Shown one piece after another: positions 1 to 10,401 of a stretch of 64,000 nucleotides of DNA. Source of the DNA: a virus; IMG/VR virus record IMGVR_UViG_3300028822_000274, positions 39,714-103,713 of that record; one strand, given 5' to 3'. Position 1 is the stretch's first letter, and each line of letters starts with the position of its first letter. Under the pieces are notes generated by a model. It was not told the DNA's origin and made no database searches. It saw only the letters and a list, made by a program, of their open reading frames with translations. The position numbers and the translations under genes are program-made.

Positions 1-1
1 G

Positions 2-199
2 GCTTACGTTCTTCCAATTTACGGTCAAGGAGATGCAGACTGGCTAAAAACACAGTTATTAAATTCTAGTGGTGGCCCACTTGACGCTGAAGATGCTAAT
101 TACTCTATGGGAGCAATGCTTTTATCGACAGGAGCAACGACAACACCTGCGGATACGTTGTTTTCGTTGTTTGGTTTGGCCACGGAGGTGACGCCATGA
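2..199 (+). CDS. 5'-truncated hypothetical (baseplate-region) protein
   Basis: Open frame from the window edge (AYVLPIYGQG...TEVTP*) whose TGA overlaps the next ATG (ATGA at 196-199). Confidence 0.6.
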   Translation, partial: AYVLPIYGQGDADWLKTQLLNSSGGPLDAEDANYSMGAMLLSTGATTTPADTLFSLFGLATEVTP

Positions 200-573
200 C
201 AATTTATCCGAGCGGGATAAAATTTCCATTCACTTTTGTTAGTGCGGGTGGAGTAGGAAAAGCAGATAATGGAGACAAAGTTCTTGCTAATTTAAAAGCA
301 CTAATTTTGTCTAAAATAAATGAACGTCTCATAAGAAAGAGTGTTGGGACGATAGGTTATTCACGTGTTTTCAAATCAGCTCATGCGACGACATTAGAAC
401 CTGTAAAACATTTGATTAGGCAGGCAATAGTGAAGTTTGAGCCAAGAGCTGTTGGGGTAACAATCGACTTTAGGTCACAAGATGATAGAGCTGGCTCTAA
501 GGTCATAGCAGATGTGGCTTTCATTTTTAAAAACACAGGGGAACCTGTTAAGATGAGTTTGGAACTGGATTAG
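196..573 (+). CDS. Baseplate wedge protein, gp25/GPW-like
   Basis: N-terminal GIKFPF, ERLIR..G and 'IRQAIVKFEPR' motifs; directly upstream of baseplate J-like gene; GGAGG RBS. Confidence 0.85.
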   Translation: MTIYPSGIKFPFTFVSAGGVGKADNGDKVLANLKALILSKINERLIRKSVGTIGYSRVFKSAHATTLEPVKHLIRQAIVKFEPRAVGVTIDFRSQDDRAGSKVIADVAFIFKNTGEPVKMSLELD

Positions 574-581
574 GAGGACAC

Positions 582-2345
582 ATGCCAGTCGTTACGACTC
601 TCTCCGGAGAAACAATTTCAGTTGATTTGGAGACTCGAGATTTTGAAGGTTTTCGATCTGACGTCTTGGATTCAGGTGGCCTCGCTGATACGTATGCTCC
701 TGACTGGACAGACAGGTCTGAGCTTGACCTCGGTGTCGCTCTTGTTGAGTCTTTTGCTTTCATGGCTGATAACCTGGCGTATTACCAGGACCGCTGGGCG
801 AATGAAGCTCTTTTCCCATCTGCTGTTCAGAGAAGATCGATTATCGAGCACTGCAAGCTCATAGGATATGAGTTGCGCCCTGCGGTGAGTGCGAGAGTAG
901 AGCTGACGTTCATCGCAAGCGGAGCTGGCACTGTTCCAGCCGGAACGAAAGTTCTCGTAGATACTTCCGATGGTTCAAGCCCAGCCACGTTTGAGCTTGT
1001 CTCTGATTTCGTCTCAGCAGGTGCCGGTACTACGACTGGTGTCATTGCCTACGAAGGAAGCTCTGTCGATGAGGTCATCGGTTCGAGTGATGGTTCTCCG
1101 GATCAGTCGTTCGAGCTGTCGAGCACTCCACTCGCTTTGAATCCAGATGGATCTTCGAGCCTGGAAGTGACTGTTACAGTCGGAGCTGTCGACCAGGTAT
1201 GGACCGAGGTTGACAATTTTTTGGAATCAGATTTTACAAATCAGCATTTCCGCACAGAAATAGACGAGAATGACACTGTCACTGTGATTTTTGGTGATGG
1301 TGTCAACGGTGCGATCCCGTCGAGCGGGGTGGACAACATATCAGCAAATTATCGTGTTGGCGGCGGTATTTCTGGAAACCAGATTGCCCCTGATAAGCTG
1401 ACTCGACTTGTTGGCTCATTTGCTTTTGTTACGTCAGTGACGAACCCTGCGGCTCCTACAGGTGGCATCGATAGGGAAACGATAGCGCAGGCAAAGGTAA
1501 ACGCTCCTTTGAGCCTTAAAGCCATGAATAGGGCTGTGACGCACGACGATTACAAAGCTATCGCTCTCCAGGTACCTGGTGTGCTTCATGCGTTTGCTTA
1601 TCGTGGTGCCGGTAGTTTTGAGGAACGTGTTGTGATCGCAGGTGGCGGGTCGGATCCTGTTCCTGCTGGAACATGGGATCCTTACACAGAGACTGGCACC
1701 GACTTGATAGGGGCTGTCGGCGAGTATCTCAGCGCAAGAAAAACGACACCTGTAGTGCTCTACGTTGATCCTGTTCGCGTTGTAGATGTGCGGCTGATTG
1801 TGAACACATATTTGTACAGCAACACGAGACAGTCAGATGCACTGAGGGTTATCGACGATGCGATAACTGATTTGTTTGCTACGGAAAACCAAGTCCTCGG
1901 GCAGCAGGTTCCTCTTTCCAGGGTTCATGAAGTAATAGAAGGGCTCACTGGGATTGATTACGTTAATGTCCTTCAGATGCAGCGTGTACCGAATCCCAGA
2001 AAATTGCCGTTTGGTAGCTCCACTGATGTTTCGATTGGTGATTTTATCGTCGGTCCAGATACATTAGATGAAACGTATACTCTGTCATTTCTGACTTCCA
2101 CAACATTTGAGGTTGTAGGCGCTGCAACAGGGTTTCAAGGAACCGGGATTGTCGGTTCGGCTTTTACTACTTCAGATGGTACTTTAACCTTTACTGTTAC
2201 AGCTGGCGCTATAGCTCCTTCAAACACAGACAGGTTTGAAATAGTTACTGGCCCATACGTTGGGAACATAAATCCAGCCGACGACGAGATGGTCAGTCTT
2301 TATAACGATACTTTCCAGAGTGTAGTGTATGGCGGTATAGTCTAA
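582..2345 (+). CDS. Baseplate J/gp47-like baseplate assembly protein
   Basis: RDFE..PDWTD..DLGVALVE..YYQDRWANE, FGDGVNG, YRVGGG..GN, GG.DRET, RAVT.DDY motifs. Confidence 0.9.
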   Translation: MPVVTTLSGETISVDLETRDFEGFRSDVLDSGGLADTYAPDWTDRSELDLGVALVESFAFMADNLAYYQDRWANEALFPSAVQRRSIIEHCKLIGYELRPAVSARVELTFIASGAGTVPAGTKVLVDTSDGSSPATFELVSDFVSAGAGTTTGVIAYEGSSVDEVIGSSDGSPDQSFELSSTPLALNPDGSSSLEVTVTVGAVDQVWTEVDNFLESDFTNQHFRTEIDENDTVTVIFGDGVNGAIPSSGVDNISANYRVGGGISGNQIAPDKLTRLVGSFAFVTSVTNPAAPTGGIDRETIAQAKVNAPLSLKAMNRAVTHDDYKAIALQVPGVLHAFAYRGAGSFEERVVIAGGGSDPVPAGTWDPYTETGTDLIGAVGEYLSARKTTPVVLYVDPVRVVDVRLIVNTYLYSNTRQSDALRVIDDAITDLFATENQVLGQQVPLSRVHEVIEGLTGIDYVNVLQMQRVPNPRKLPFGSSTDVSIGDFIVGPDTLDETYTLSFLTSTTFEVVGAATGFQGTGIVGSAFTTSDGTLTFTVTAGAIAPSNTDRFEIVTGPYVGNINPADDEMVSLYNDTFQSVVYGGIV

Positions 2346-2390
2346 ACCAATGTGCTGCTCTGAGTAACGCGAAATTGTGAGGAGAGAGAA

Positions 2391-3203
2391 ATGGCGAGTA
2401 AAAATTATGGTCAAATTGGCGTTGGTTCTCCGATAGAACTAGGGAAGGGCGGCGCAAAAGTCAAAAATAACTCGGGGGTCGTAGAGGCGAGGAATAACGC
2501 CGACGACGATTTTGCTGTTGTCCGCGCAGCTTCCCCCCTTGGCGATGATGATGTGGCGACCAAGGCATGGGTTGAACGGAGATATGGCGTCGCTATATCT
2601 GGTCAGATTGACGGTGGTGCCCCCCCTGCTGCCGGTACCCCGGGCAGAATATTCCTCTGCACCACAGCGGGTGGGTCATACACTCTCAATTATCTGTATC
2701 GTGATGATGGCGCTTCCTGGAATGAGATCGTTCCTGTTGAGGGTATGACCATCGGTGTTACCGATGCTTTATCCGGAGGAACAGTCGAGTTCCAGGCCGA
2801 TCACGTTTACATTTGGGACCTCGACGCGACTCAATGGGATGACGTTGGTCCGGGTTCATCAGGCACAGTCGCGCAAAAAGTCGAAGAGCGAGCTGTTCAA
2901 GTAGAATACACAGACACGACAATTAATATTGGCGGGACCGTCCCTGCGAACGCTACTGTCTTGAGGGCAAGGGTGTCGGTGTCCCAGGCATTCGATGGTG
3001 TTACACCGACAATCATAATAGGTGATGCTGTTGATGATGATCGTATCATGAAAGCAACTGAGAATGATCCTGAAACGACTGGCTTGTATGTTGTTGATGC
3101 TCATTACAAATATGGTGGGAGTACTCAGCTTGTTGCTGAAGTGACTACCAGCGGTGCATCTCAAGGCATAGCAACCGTTATCGTGGAATTTGCAAATACT
3201 TGA
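2391..3203 (+). CDS. Putative virion structural protein
   Basis: Gly/Val/Thr-rich beta-type sequence; DDDVATKAWV fibre-type motif; tail module context. Confidence 0.6.
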   Translation: MASKNYGQIGVGSPIELGKGGAKVKNNSGVVEARNNADDDFAVVRAASPLGDDDVATKAWVERRYGVAISGQIDGGAPPAAGTPGRIFLCTTAGGSYTLNYLYRDDGASWNEIVPVEGMTIGVTDALSGGTVEFQADHVYIWDLDATQWDDVGPGSSGTVAQKVEERAVQVEYTDTTINIGGTVPANATVLRARVSVSQAFDGVTPTIIIGDAVDDDRIMKATENDPETTGLYVVDAHYKYGGSTQLVAEVTTSGASQGIATVIVEFANT

Positions 3204-3219
3204 TAGATAGAGGAGTGCC

Positions 3220-6200
3220 ATGAGCGTTTTCAGCAATTTACGCGGTGTCCTGTCAACTGCTTTTTCTCTCGGCAAAACAGATAAGATCGAGATAGAAAAC
3301 AGTTCTGGAGACTTTGTTTTAAAAACAGCAGGCTCAGAACGTGCTCGTCTAAATTCCAGTGGTGTGACAGTTACTGGTGATTCGGATTTGTCAGCAGGGT
3401 CTGTATATAAAATAAATGGCACACAACTTGACGGTGGCGATGTAGGGCTCGGAAACGTCACCAATGACGCACAGCTAAAAAGAGCAGCAGGAGACATAAA
3501 TACTTTCACGGAAAAAGGTACTCCTGTTGCTGCTGATCTCCTTCTCGTAGAAGATAGTGCTGACAGCAACAACAAAAAGAAAGTACAGATAGACAATCTT
3601 CCTGCGAGCGGATCAAAACCTATCGTTCAGACTCTGAAAGTCGGACAGGCTGGATCGGATGTAGATTACAACTCGATCAAAGACGCAGTTGATGCAGCTG
3701 TTGCAGGAGGAGCCTCTGGATCTGCCCCGTGGAGAATCGACGTGTACCCTGGAGCATACGTCGAAGACCCGATGACGGTTCCTCTTGGGGTTAATATCAT
3801 ATCAACAGATCAACGGGTAGACACTGTATTCGTAGTAGCTTCTGATCCCACAAATGACCTATTTACTCTTGCCGGTGGGTACATTTGTGGCCTGAATATG
3901 TCTGGAGTCACCTCTACTGGGAAGGCTCTCGTAACAGCTTCTACGGCAGGGTCCCTGAACGTCCTTCACGGAGTTTCTTTCAACAACTGCTATTATGGAA
4001 TCCACGTATCAGGCGGGGCTACGATGATTTGCACCAACGTATCCTGTTTGATCGCAAGCGCTGGCGTATCAGTTGACACAGGGATTCGTGTTACTGGGAC
4101 AAGCTCTTTCTTGCTTATGTCTGGTTGTTTTTTCAGTGTACCATCAGCAGTTCTTCCTGCATATGCTTCGAATCCGATTGAAACTGCAGTTTGTATAGAA
4201 GATGCAGCTGATGCTTTTATATTAGGTGGGGTTTTTCAGGTTTCCCCTAAAAATTCTGACGCGAATGCTATTCTTGTTGATTCTGCGGCTACTTGTTTTG
4301 TGTCGAGCGGCGTTTTTGCAGGTTGCGGCAATGCAATCCATATAGGGTCGTCTGGTTCGAATACTTCTGTTGTTTCCCAGGGCAGTTCTTTCAAAGACAA
4401 TTCTCTGAACACTCTCATTGATAGCAGCACAGGTACTATTTTCTGTAACGAGACTGTTGATCTTGTCCAGGATTCCCTTGTTTCAGGAGCAAAAAAACTG
4501 GGTGTAGCCCAGATTCGAGATGACGAACGAGTAGACCTCTTAGGTGATGTTCAGTACAAATTCGTAGAAACGGATAGACGAGCTGGGCTCGGTGTTTTCT
4601 TCAATGAGATGGGTGCTTCCGGTGTGTCCTCAGGTGGCATCGTGTCCATAAATTCAGGCCTCGATGTAGACGTTTCCGCTGGTACAGGATGGGTTAGGCG
4701 CAGGTCGACCTACAACGATTTGGCGTCTGTTGTCTGGAACGACGTCATAGCGCTGACGTTGACGGCAAGCAACACAAACTACGTTTATTACAACGAGACT
4801 TCTGGTGCTGTTACAGCTTCTGTTACTCCTCCTGGGTATTCAGATTCAATTTTGTTGGCTACTGTTGTCACCGATGGATCTGGGGTTCGGTACATTCATC
4901 AAACAAGGAACTATGTAGACTCTCCTGCTGAGCAGCTGAGGGATTATCTCCTGGCTACAAGAAAGATTGCTTTGAATAGTGGTCTGGCTGTAGACGCCGG
5001 GACGACTTCGCTGAAGTTCGACGTTACGGTTGGTTCCTACTACCTGGGTCTTGACCTTATCTCGTTCGCCGGTGCTGCTGATGCCACGTTCTCATATTTT
5101 TACGGGACAAATGGGGCGAACGAGGTCTCGTCTCAAACTGAGATCGACGACGAATACTACGACAACGCAGGTACACTGACACTCCTTACGGCTGGGTATT
5201 TCAAGGCCGATACAGTTGTCTTGACCAGCGATGGCAGAATCAGCGTCATCTATGGCACCGAGGAATTCGCGACTCAGGAAGAAGCAGAGTCGGCGGCTGT
5301 AGCGAATACCCCTACTTTCATCGAGCACTCAGCTATTCAGTTGGCAAATATCGTCGTCGAAGACGGTGCTGGCATAGCATCTTTCGTCGACATCAGGCCT
5401 CAGCCTGGCGCTATTACAGGTGGTGGTGGAGCTGCTGGAGTCAGCAACCACGGTCTTCTCTCTGGTCTTGCTGATGACGACCATGTTCAATATCTGCTGT
5501 CTTCTGGTTCGAGGGCCATGTCAGGTTCTCTTGATATGGGCGGGAACAACATCACGAACGTTGCGAACGTAGATGGTGTCGATGTCTCAAGCCACGCTTC
5601 ACGTCATGATCCTGGAGGAGCTGACTCACTCACAACTGGTACTCCCGTAACAACTCTGGTGGATGGCGCAGCGGCAGAAGGGTCTGCTGCGAGTTATGCC
5701 AGGAGCGATCACCAACACGGAATAGCGAGTGGCGTTCCCTCTTCTGTGGGAACCTCCAATTCTGCTGGTTCAGCGAGCACTGTTGCTGCCAGTGATCACG
5801 TTCATGACCATGGCGCTCAAACAGATGGGACTTTACATGCTGCAGCCACAACTGGGGTCAATGGCTTTATGTCTGCAGCAGACAAAACAAAGCTTGATAA
5901 TGCCACGGCAACACCAACGGCAGACAGGCTTGTCATTGCGGACGGATTCGGCACAGTTGATGATTGGATAACGAGTGGTGATTTAACAGAAGCAGTCTCG
6001 TCTGTACTCACCATAAATAATGGTTCTGGGGCAGTTCTTGGCTCAGGCACGTCTATCCAAATTGCACAGGCTGGTGCAGGTCAAAGTGGCTATTTAACTT
6101 CTGTTGATTGGAATACATTTAATGATAAAATTGACGGTGGCGTTAATGTTGGCGCATTAGGTGTAGGTGTTTTCAAACAAAAAAATGGAACCGATCTAGA

Positions 6201-7311
6201 ATTTTTGAACATAAATTCTGGATCGAATAAAATCACAGTTGTTGCTGATTTAAGTAACGATGAAATAGATATAGATGTAGATGAGTCTAATGTCGTCCAT
6301 CAAAATCTTTCTGGGGCAGGGACAAATGATCATTCAGCCATAGACGCTCATATTGGAAACTCTAACATACACTTTACTGAAAGTTCTATCGACCACACTA
6401 ACATATCTAATATTGGGGCGAATACACACGCTCAGATTGATACACATATTGCAGACAGCACCATTCATTTCACTGAAGGGAATATTGATCATACTGCTAT
6501 TCAGAACATAGGGACAAACAGCCACGTTCAGATCGATGCTCATATTGCGAGCACAACGAACCCACACTCTGTTGACAAGACTGATGTGTCCCTCGGGAAC
6601 GTCACCAACGATTCTCAGCTGAAAAGGGCGGCAAATGATTTTACAACTTTCACTGAGAAGACTTCACTCGCAGACGATGATGTAATTCTCATTGAGGACA
6701 GCGCTGACACTTACAGCAAAAAGCGGCTGAAAGCTGTAAACCTCCCGAGTGGTTCCGGTGGTGGAGGGCCTTCTACTCCAGGGACAACGACTGATAATGC
6801 CATTGTTCGATGGGACGGGACAGACGGTTCTGCTATTCAGAACAGCGGTACAACTGTCGATGACAACGACGTCATCACTCTCAATAGCGATGGTGGTGCA
6901 GTCAAGGTTTCGACTCCAGCTAGTGATTTAAATGCAAACGGAATCATAATTTCAGGTACAGTAGACACTAACGCAACTGGTGTCGGAGCGCTGCTTTTCC
7001 TGAATACAGATGGGAACTGGGACGAAGCTCAGGCAAACTCTGCTACTACAGTTGGTCAGCTCGGCTTGGCCATGGAATCTGGTACAGGGACGAAGAAAAT
7101 CCTTCTGTATGGTATTTTCAGGAAGGATGCCTGGGGTTGGTCTGTCGGACACCAAAACGGCGCTCTTTACGTGAGCGGGGCGACTGCCGGAGCCATGACG
7201 CAAACCGCCCCTAGCACTGATGGTTACCAGATTCAGAAATGCGGATACGCGATAAGCGCAGATGCGATTATGTTTGCGCCGTCGCCTGACATCGCGGAGT
7301 ACGTAGCATGA
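3220..7311 (+). CDS. Long tail fibre / receptor-binding protein
   Basis: 1363 aa; two VGLGNVTND-type fibre segments, pectin-lyase-like start (DYNSIKDAVDAA..VYPGAYVE), GFMSAADKTKLD, HxH motifs, His-rich 32-aa repeats. Confidence 0.8.
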   Translation: MSVFSNLRGVLSTAFSLGKTDKIEIENSSGDFVLKTAGSERARLNSSGVTVTGDSDLSAGSVYKINGTQLDGGDVGLGNVTNDAQLKRAAGDINTFTEKGTPVAADLLLVEDSADSNNKKKVQIDNLPASGSKPIVQTLKVGQAGSDVDYNSIKDAVDAAVAGGASGSAPWRIDVYPGAYVEDPMTVPLGVNIISTDQRVDTVFVVASDPTNDLFTLAGGYICGLNMSGVTSTGKALVTASTAGSLNVLHGVSFNNCYYGIHVSGGATMICTNVSCLIASAGVSVDTGIRVTGTSSFLLMSGCFFSVPSAVLPAYASNPIETAVCIEDAADAFILGGVFQVSPKNSDANAILVDSAATCFVSSGVFAGCGNAIHIGSSGSNTSVVSQGSSFKDNSLNTLIDSSTGTIFCNETVDLVQDSLVSGAKKLGVAQIRDDERVDLLGDVQYKFVETDRRAGLGVFFNEMGASGVSSGGIVSINSGLDVDVSAGTGWVRRRSTYNDLASVVWNDVIALTLTASNTNYVYYNETSGAVTASVTPPGYSDSILLATVVTDGSGVRYIHQTRNYVDSPAEQLRDYLLATRKIALNSGLAVDAGTTSLKFDVTVGSYYLGLDLISFAGAADATFSYFYGTNGANEVSSQTEIDDEYYDNAGTLTLLTAGYFKADTVVLTSDGRISVIYGTEEFATQEEAESAAVANTPTFIEHSAIQLANIVVEDGAGIASFVDIRPQPGAITGGGGAAGVSNHGLLSGLADDDHVQYLLSSGSRAMSGSLDMGGNNITNVANVDGVDVSSHASRHDPGGADSLTTGTPVTTLVDGAAAEGSAASYARSDHQHGIASGVPSSVGTSNSAGSASTVAASDHVHDHGAQTDGTLHAAATTGVNGFMSAADKTKLDNATATPTADRLVIADGFGTVDDWITSGDLTEAVSSVLTINNGSGAVLGSGTSIQIAQAGAGQSGYLTSVDWNTFNDKIDGGVNVGALGVGVFKQKNGTDLEFLNINSGSNKITVVADLSNDEIDIDVDESNVVHQNLSGAGTNDHSAIDAHIGNSNIHFTESSIDHTNISNIGANTHAQIDTHIADSTIHFTEGNIDHTAIQNIGTNSHVQIDAHIASTTNPHSVDKTDVSLGNVTNDSQLKRAANDFTTFTEKTSLADDDVILIEDSADTYSKKRLKAVNLPSGSGGGGPSTPGTTTDNAIVRWDGTDGSAIQNSGTTVDDNDVITLNSDGGAVKVSTPASDLNANGIIISGTVDTNATGVGALLFLNTDGNWDEAQANSATTVGQLGLAMESGTGTKKILLYGIFRKDAWGWSVGHQNGALYVSGATAGAMTQTAPSTDGYQIQKCGYAISADAIMFAPSPDIAEYVA

Positions 7312-7817
7312 CGACTGGATGTATTTGGGGATATTGGGATAGATGGCACGAAGGCATGACTGCAAGCATGACTGAGGCCATGAGAGTATGTGATGGCGAT
7401 GACCTTCATGTTGTTGTTATTGAAGGATCCACTGAAATAAATGAAAAGGTAGAAGTAAAAAGAAGTTACCTTGTGCACAGAAGAAACTATGTGAAAGATA
7501 AGGTCAAAGACATAGCAAAAGATACAGGGTACAAACCAAAAATAATTTACCATATCTATGAAACTCTAACTGAAGCAATAACAGATTGTGGCTCTTATCC
7601 ATTTGATATTTTGTTTGTTGTTGAACATGATAAAAATAATTGTGTGCCATTTAACGCAAATATAGCAGCAGCACAGTTTTCAAAAACTTCTTCCGGGCGC
7701 AAGGAAGCTAAATTGCATGTTGTTAAATCTGTATTTGAAGAAGGCACTGAAATAACATGCTCTTCAACAAGGTTAAGAAAAAGGGAGAAGCTAAGAAATA
7801 GGGCTAAAAATAAATGA
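7308..7817 (+). CDS. Cytidylyltransferase-like (HIGH-superfamily) protein, degenerate HxGH
   Basis: IWGYWDRWHEGM resembles G-x-FD-xx-HxGH; C-terminal SSTRLRK resembles the ISSTxIR motif. Confidence 0.5.
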   Translation: MTTGCIWGYWDRWHEGMTASMTEAMRVCDGDDLHVVVIEGSTEINEKVEVKRSYLVHRRNYVKDKVKDIAKDTGYKPKIIYHIYETLTEAITDCGSYPFDILFVVEHDKNNCVPFNANIAAAQFSKTSSGRKEAKLHVVKSVFEEGTEITCSSTRLRKREKLRNRAKNK

Positions 7818-8452
7818 GCACTTCTATTACATTATACACTGCTGCGGAAAACGACGCGCAGGACCATGGTTCCTCTATAAGTAACGCTTTGCCCCTAACT
7901 GTAGGGTCTATTAGTGGTGGTTTTTCTTCGACCTCCTATAATGTAGCTTATAGACATAAACCTAATATATCTCAATCTGGTGAGCGTGTTGTGGTTGACA
8001 ATTTTACGACAACAGTTACTGCTTCAAGCTCAAACGGAGGTGGGGCATTTAATGGTGTTGTTGGTATCCATGATGGTGATTGTCCTGACTTGTCAACTAA
8101 TAATATAGCTAAAAATTATAGTGATATAGGAAATAGTGTTTCTGTATCTTTCCCTTCAAGCAAATCTGCTGGGGACACTCTTACCCCATCTTCGCTGAAA
8201 GATGCTGCGCAGGCTTGGTTTGATAGATCAGGTTATGCGCAAGATGATTATATTGGGATTTGGTGGGACGAGTCAGATGCGGCAAAAGGTGAGTATTGGG
8301 ATTTGAGGGATGGTGATTATGAACCCCAAACTGATAGGCCAAGAATCGATCTTGAGTACCACAAAGCAAGCAAAGCCAAGTGGAATAAAACAACAAATAT
8401 AAACTTAAAGATTAATGGTGTTCCATCTGATAATCTGGGCGAGGTTCTATAG
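7814..8452 (+). CDS. Putative carbohydrate-binding virion protein (paralog 1)
   Basis: Ser/Thr/Gly-rich beta protein; aligns with the next gene (DAQ, LTVG, ISQ.GERV, G.HDG, SLKD..QAWF.RSGY, YHKASKAKWN). Confidence 0.55.
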   Translation: MSTSITLYTAAENDAQDHGSSISNALPLTVGSISGGFSSTSYNVAYRHKPNISQSGERVVVDNFTTTVTASSSNGGGAFNGVVGIHDGDCPDLSTNNIAKNYSDIGNSVSVSFPSSKSAGDTLTPSSLKDAAQAWFDRSGYAQDDYIGIWWDESDAAKGEYWDLRDGDYEPQTDRPRIDLEYHKASKAKWNKTTNINLKINGVPSDNLGEVL

Positions 8453-9081
8453 TGGGTACGACTACTACATGGTATACGCAAGCTTTGTCTGATGCACAAG
8501 AATGTACCTCTTCTGTTATTTCTAATACTACAAACCTAACTGTCGGTTACCCAAGTAGCACTGACAAAAGGGTCGCCTATAGAGTTCAACCTAGCATTTC
8601 TCAGGACGGTGAAAGGGTAATCGTTAGCACAGCCACTTCTTCTATAAAATGCTCTACTGGAAATGGCGACGGTGCGTTTATCTCCCCTATAGGGGTTCAT
8701 GACGGCAGCGCTCCAGATTTGACTTCCGATAATTTGGCTTTTAATTATACGGAAATAGAACCAAACATAGATTTTTCTGTTCCTTCGACAAGAAGCGCAG
8801 GGGATGTCTACACCACTGGGAGCCTAAAAGATCATGTCCAGGCTTGGTTTAATCGTTCCGGATATAGCTCATCAGATTATTTGGGCGTTATTTGGGAGGG
8901 CGGCGATTCTGCGAAGAACGAATATATAGATACTTATCAGGGTAATACTTCTGCAACGGGGGATAGGTGTAGGGTCGCGTGTACTTACCATAAAGCCAGT
9001 AAGGCAAAATGGAATGGTACAGCAAATTCTAAGTTGAAACTTAATGGTGTGGGTTCTGATAATCTGATTGAGCTGGTGTAA
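8452..9081 (+). CDS. Putative carbohydrate-binding virion protein (paralog 2)
   Basis: Tandem paralog of 7814..8452; GTG start overlaps previous TAG. Confidence 0.55.
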   Translation: MGTTTTWYTQALSDAQECTSSVISNTTNLTVGYPSSTDKRVAYRVQPSISQDGERVIVSTATSSIKCSTGNGDGAFISPIGVHDGSAPDLTSDNLAFNYTEIEPNIDFSVPSTRSAGDVYTTGSLKDHVQAWFNRSGYSSSDYLGVIWEGGDSAKNEYIDTYQGNTSATGDRCRVACTYHKASKAKWNGTANSKLKLNGVGSDNLIELV

Positions 9082-9104
9082 CTCAAACGGAAGTTGAGAT
9101 TATA

Positions 9105-9680
9105 ATGTCGAACGGAACCCACGAGAAGTACAACACACCGACAAGAGGGAATTCTTCATCTTTTCTTGAGAAGTATTTGGATAAAAAGGCTGACAGGGAC
9201 TGGATTGAAGCAAAACTGGAGTCTGCTGCCATGCAAGTGAACACTCTGAGAGCTGATATGCACGACACGAAGAAGATCGCAAATTCTGCAAAAAGGAAAT
9301 CTGAAATGCCTCATGAATGCTCACAAAAAGATATGATTGAATACACTACACAAACAATAGCCAGCTGGACAAAATGGTGGCGTGGCATATTGGTCAGTGC
9401 GTTGGGTTTCTTGATTATAGTTGGTGGCTCGTGGCTTTATCAATACTTCACTTTAAACAACGATGTGGCAACAACAAAAACAGCTATAACTGAGCTCAAA
9501 GGCTCTGTAAGAAGCATAGAGGAATCACAGAAAGAGCTTAGTGACATAGTTAGGGAGTCTATTATTAATGAAGACAAAAAGAACCAGAAAAATATTTCTG
9601 AGATTAGGTCTGCATTAAGAGATGTGCTAAAAGAATTTAGAGTGGCAAATGAAAATCGCAGTGGTAGGAGAGGTAGCTGA
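9105..9680 (+). CDS. Single-pass membrane coiled-coil protein
   Basis: TM segment WWRGILVSALGFLIIVGGSWLY flanked by heptad-rich helices. Confidence 0.6.
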   Translation: MSNGTHEKYNTPTRGNSSSFLEKYLDKKADRDWIEAKLESAAMQVNTLRADMHDTKKIANSAKRKSEMPHECSQKDMIEYTTQTIASWTKWWRGILVSALGFLIIVGGSWLYQYFTLNNDVATTKTAITELKGSVRSIEESQKELSDIVRESIINEDKKNQKNISEIRSALRDVLKEFRVANENRSGRRGS

Positions 9681-10258
9681 TGCCGAGAAAAGTATTACTA
9701 GGTCCTATAGTAGACCAATTTCCTATCTACGAGCTAGACGGGATTCACAAGCATTCTGGTGGTTCTGCGTATACAGTTACGATCTGGAAGGATGGTGTTG
9801 AGCAGGCTATTGACTATACGATTACTGAAATCGGTACTTCCGGCGAGTATACATTTGAGTTCACGCCAGATGACGTCGGTTATTGGGTGGCCGAAGTCAT
9901 TATCGCTTACAACACCGAGGTTTACGCGGGCGAGTATGATGTTTACGAGACGGATCCTGCTCAGGCATTGTTCAATGCTGCTTACGATTCAGGAACGCTA
10001 TATCTCGAAGCGTGGCTTGATAGGCAGGGGATTTCGGTTCCTGCCGCTGATCTGGTGTCTTGCCAGGTTGATGTGTACGAGCAGGACGGTTCACTACTTG
10101 TCTCGTCGACATCTGCTGCCCCAAGACTGAACGGAAGATTTAGCATGACGGAATCCGTGGTTTTGTTAGACGATAAGCCGTATAATGTATCTGTGAGCGT
10201 GACTGATGCATTGGGTACAATCACAACGTACCACGCGTTTACTACGGTGCAAGGATGA
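9680..10258 (+). CDS. Putative Ig-like virion protein
   Basis: Beta-rich; GEYTFEFTPDDVGYW pattern; tail module. Confidence 0.5.
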   Translation: MPRKVLLGPIVDQFPIYELDGIHKHSGGSAYTVTIWKDGVEQAIDYTITEIGTSGEYTFEFTPDDVGYWVAEVIIAYNTEVYAGEYDVYETDPAQALFNAAYDSGTLYLEAWLDRQGISVPAADLVSCQVDVYEQDGSLLVSSTSAAPRLNGRFSMTESVVLLDDKPYNVSVSVTDALGTITTYHAFTTVQG

Positions 10259-10401
10259 CGACTATTTTCGTGAAGAATGAACGAGTGCAGCCACTGTTTT
10301 TATCAGGGCTTGAGCCTGGTGAGTCGGTTCCGGATATTTACACGAATCTGGAAGTAGAGGTTTTAGATACCATCGAAGTCTCGATCTGCTGGGAGGACTA
10401 A
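10255..10401 (+). CDS. Small hypothetical protein (48 aa, not in ORF track)
   Basis: MTTIFVKNERVQ...SICWED*; ATGA overlap upstream and abuts next ATG, filling the gap exactly. Confidence 0.6.
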   Translation: MTTIFVKNERVQPLFLSGLEPGESVPDIYTNLEVEVLDTIEVSICWED

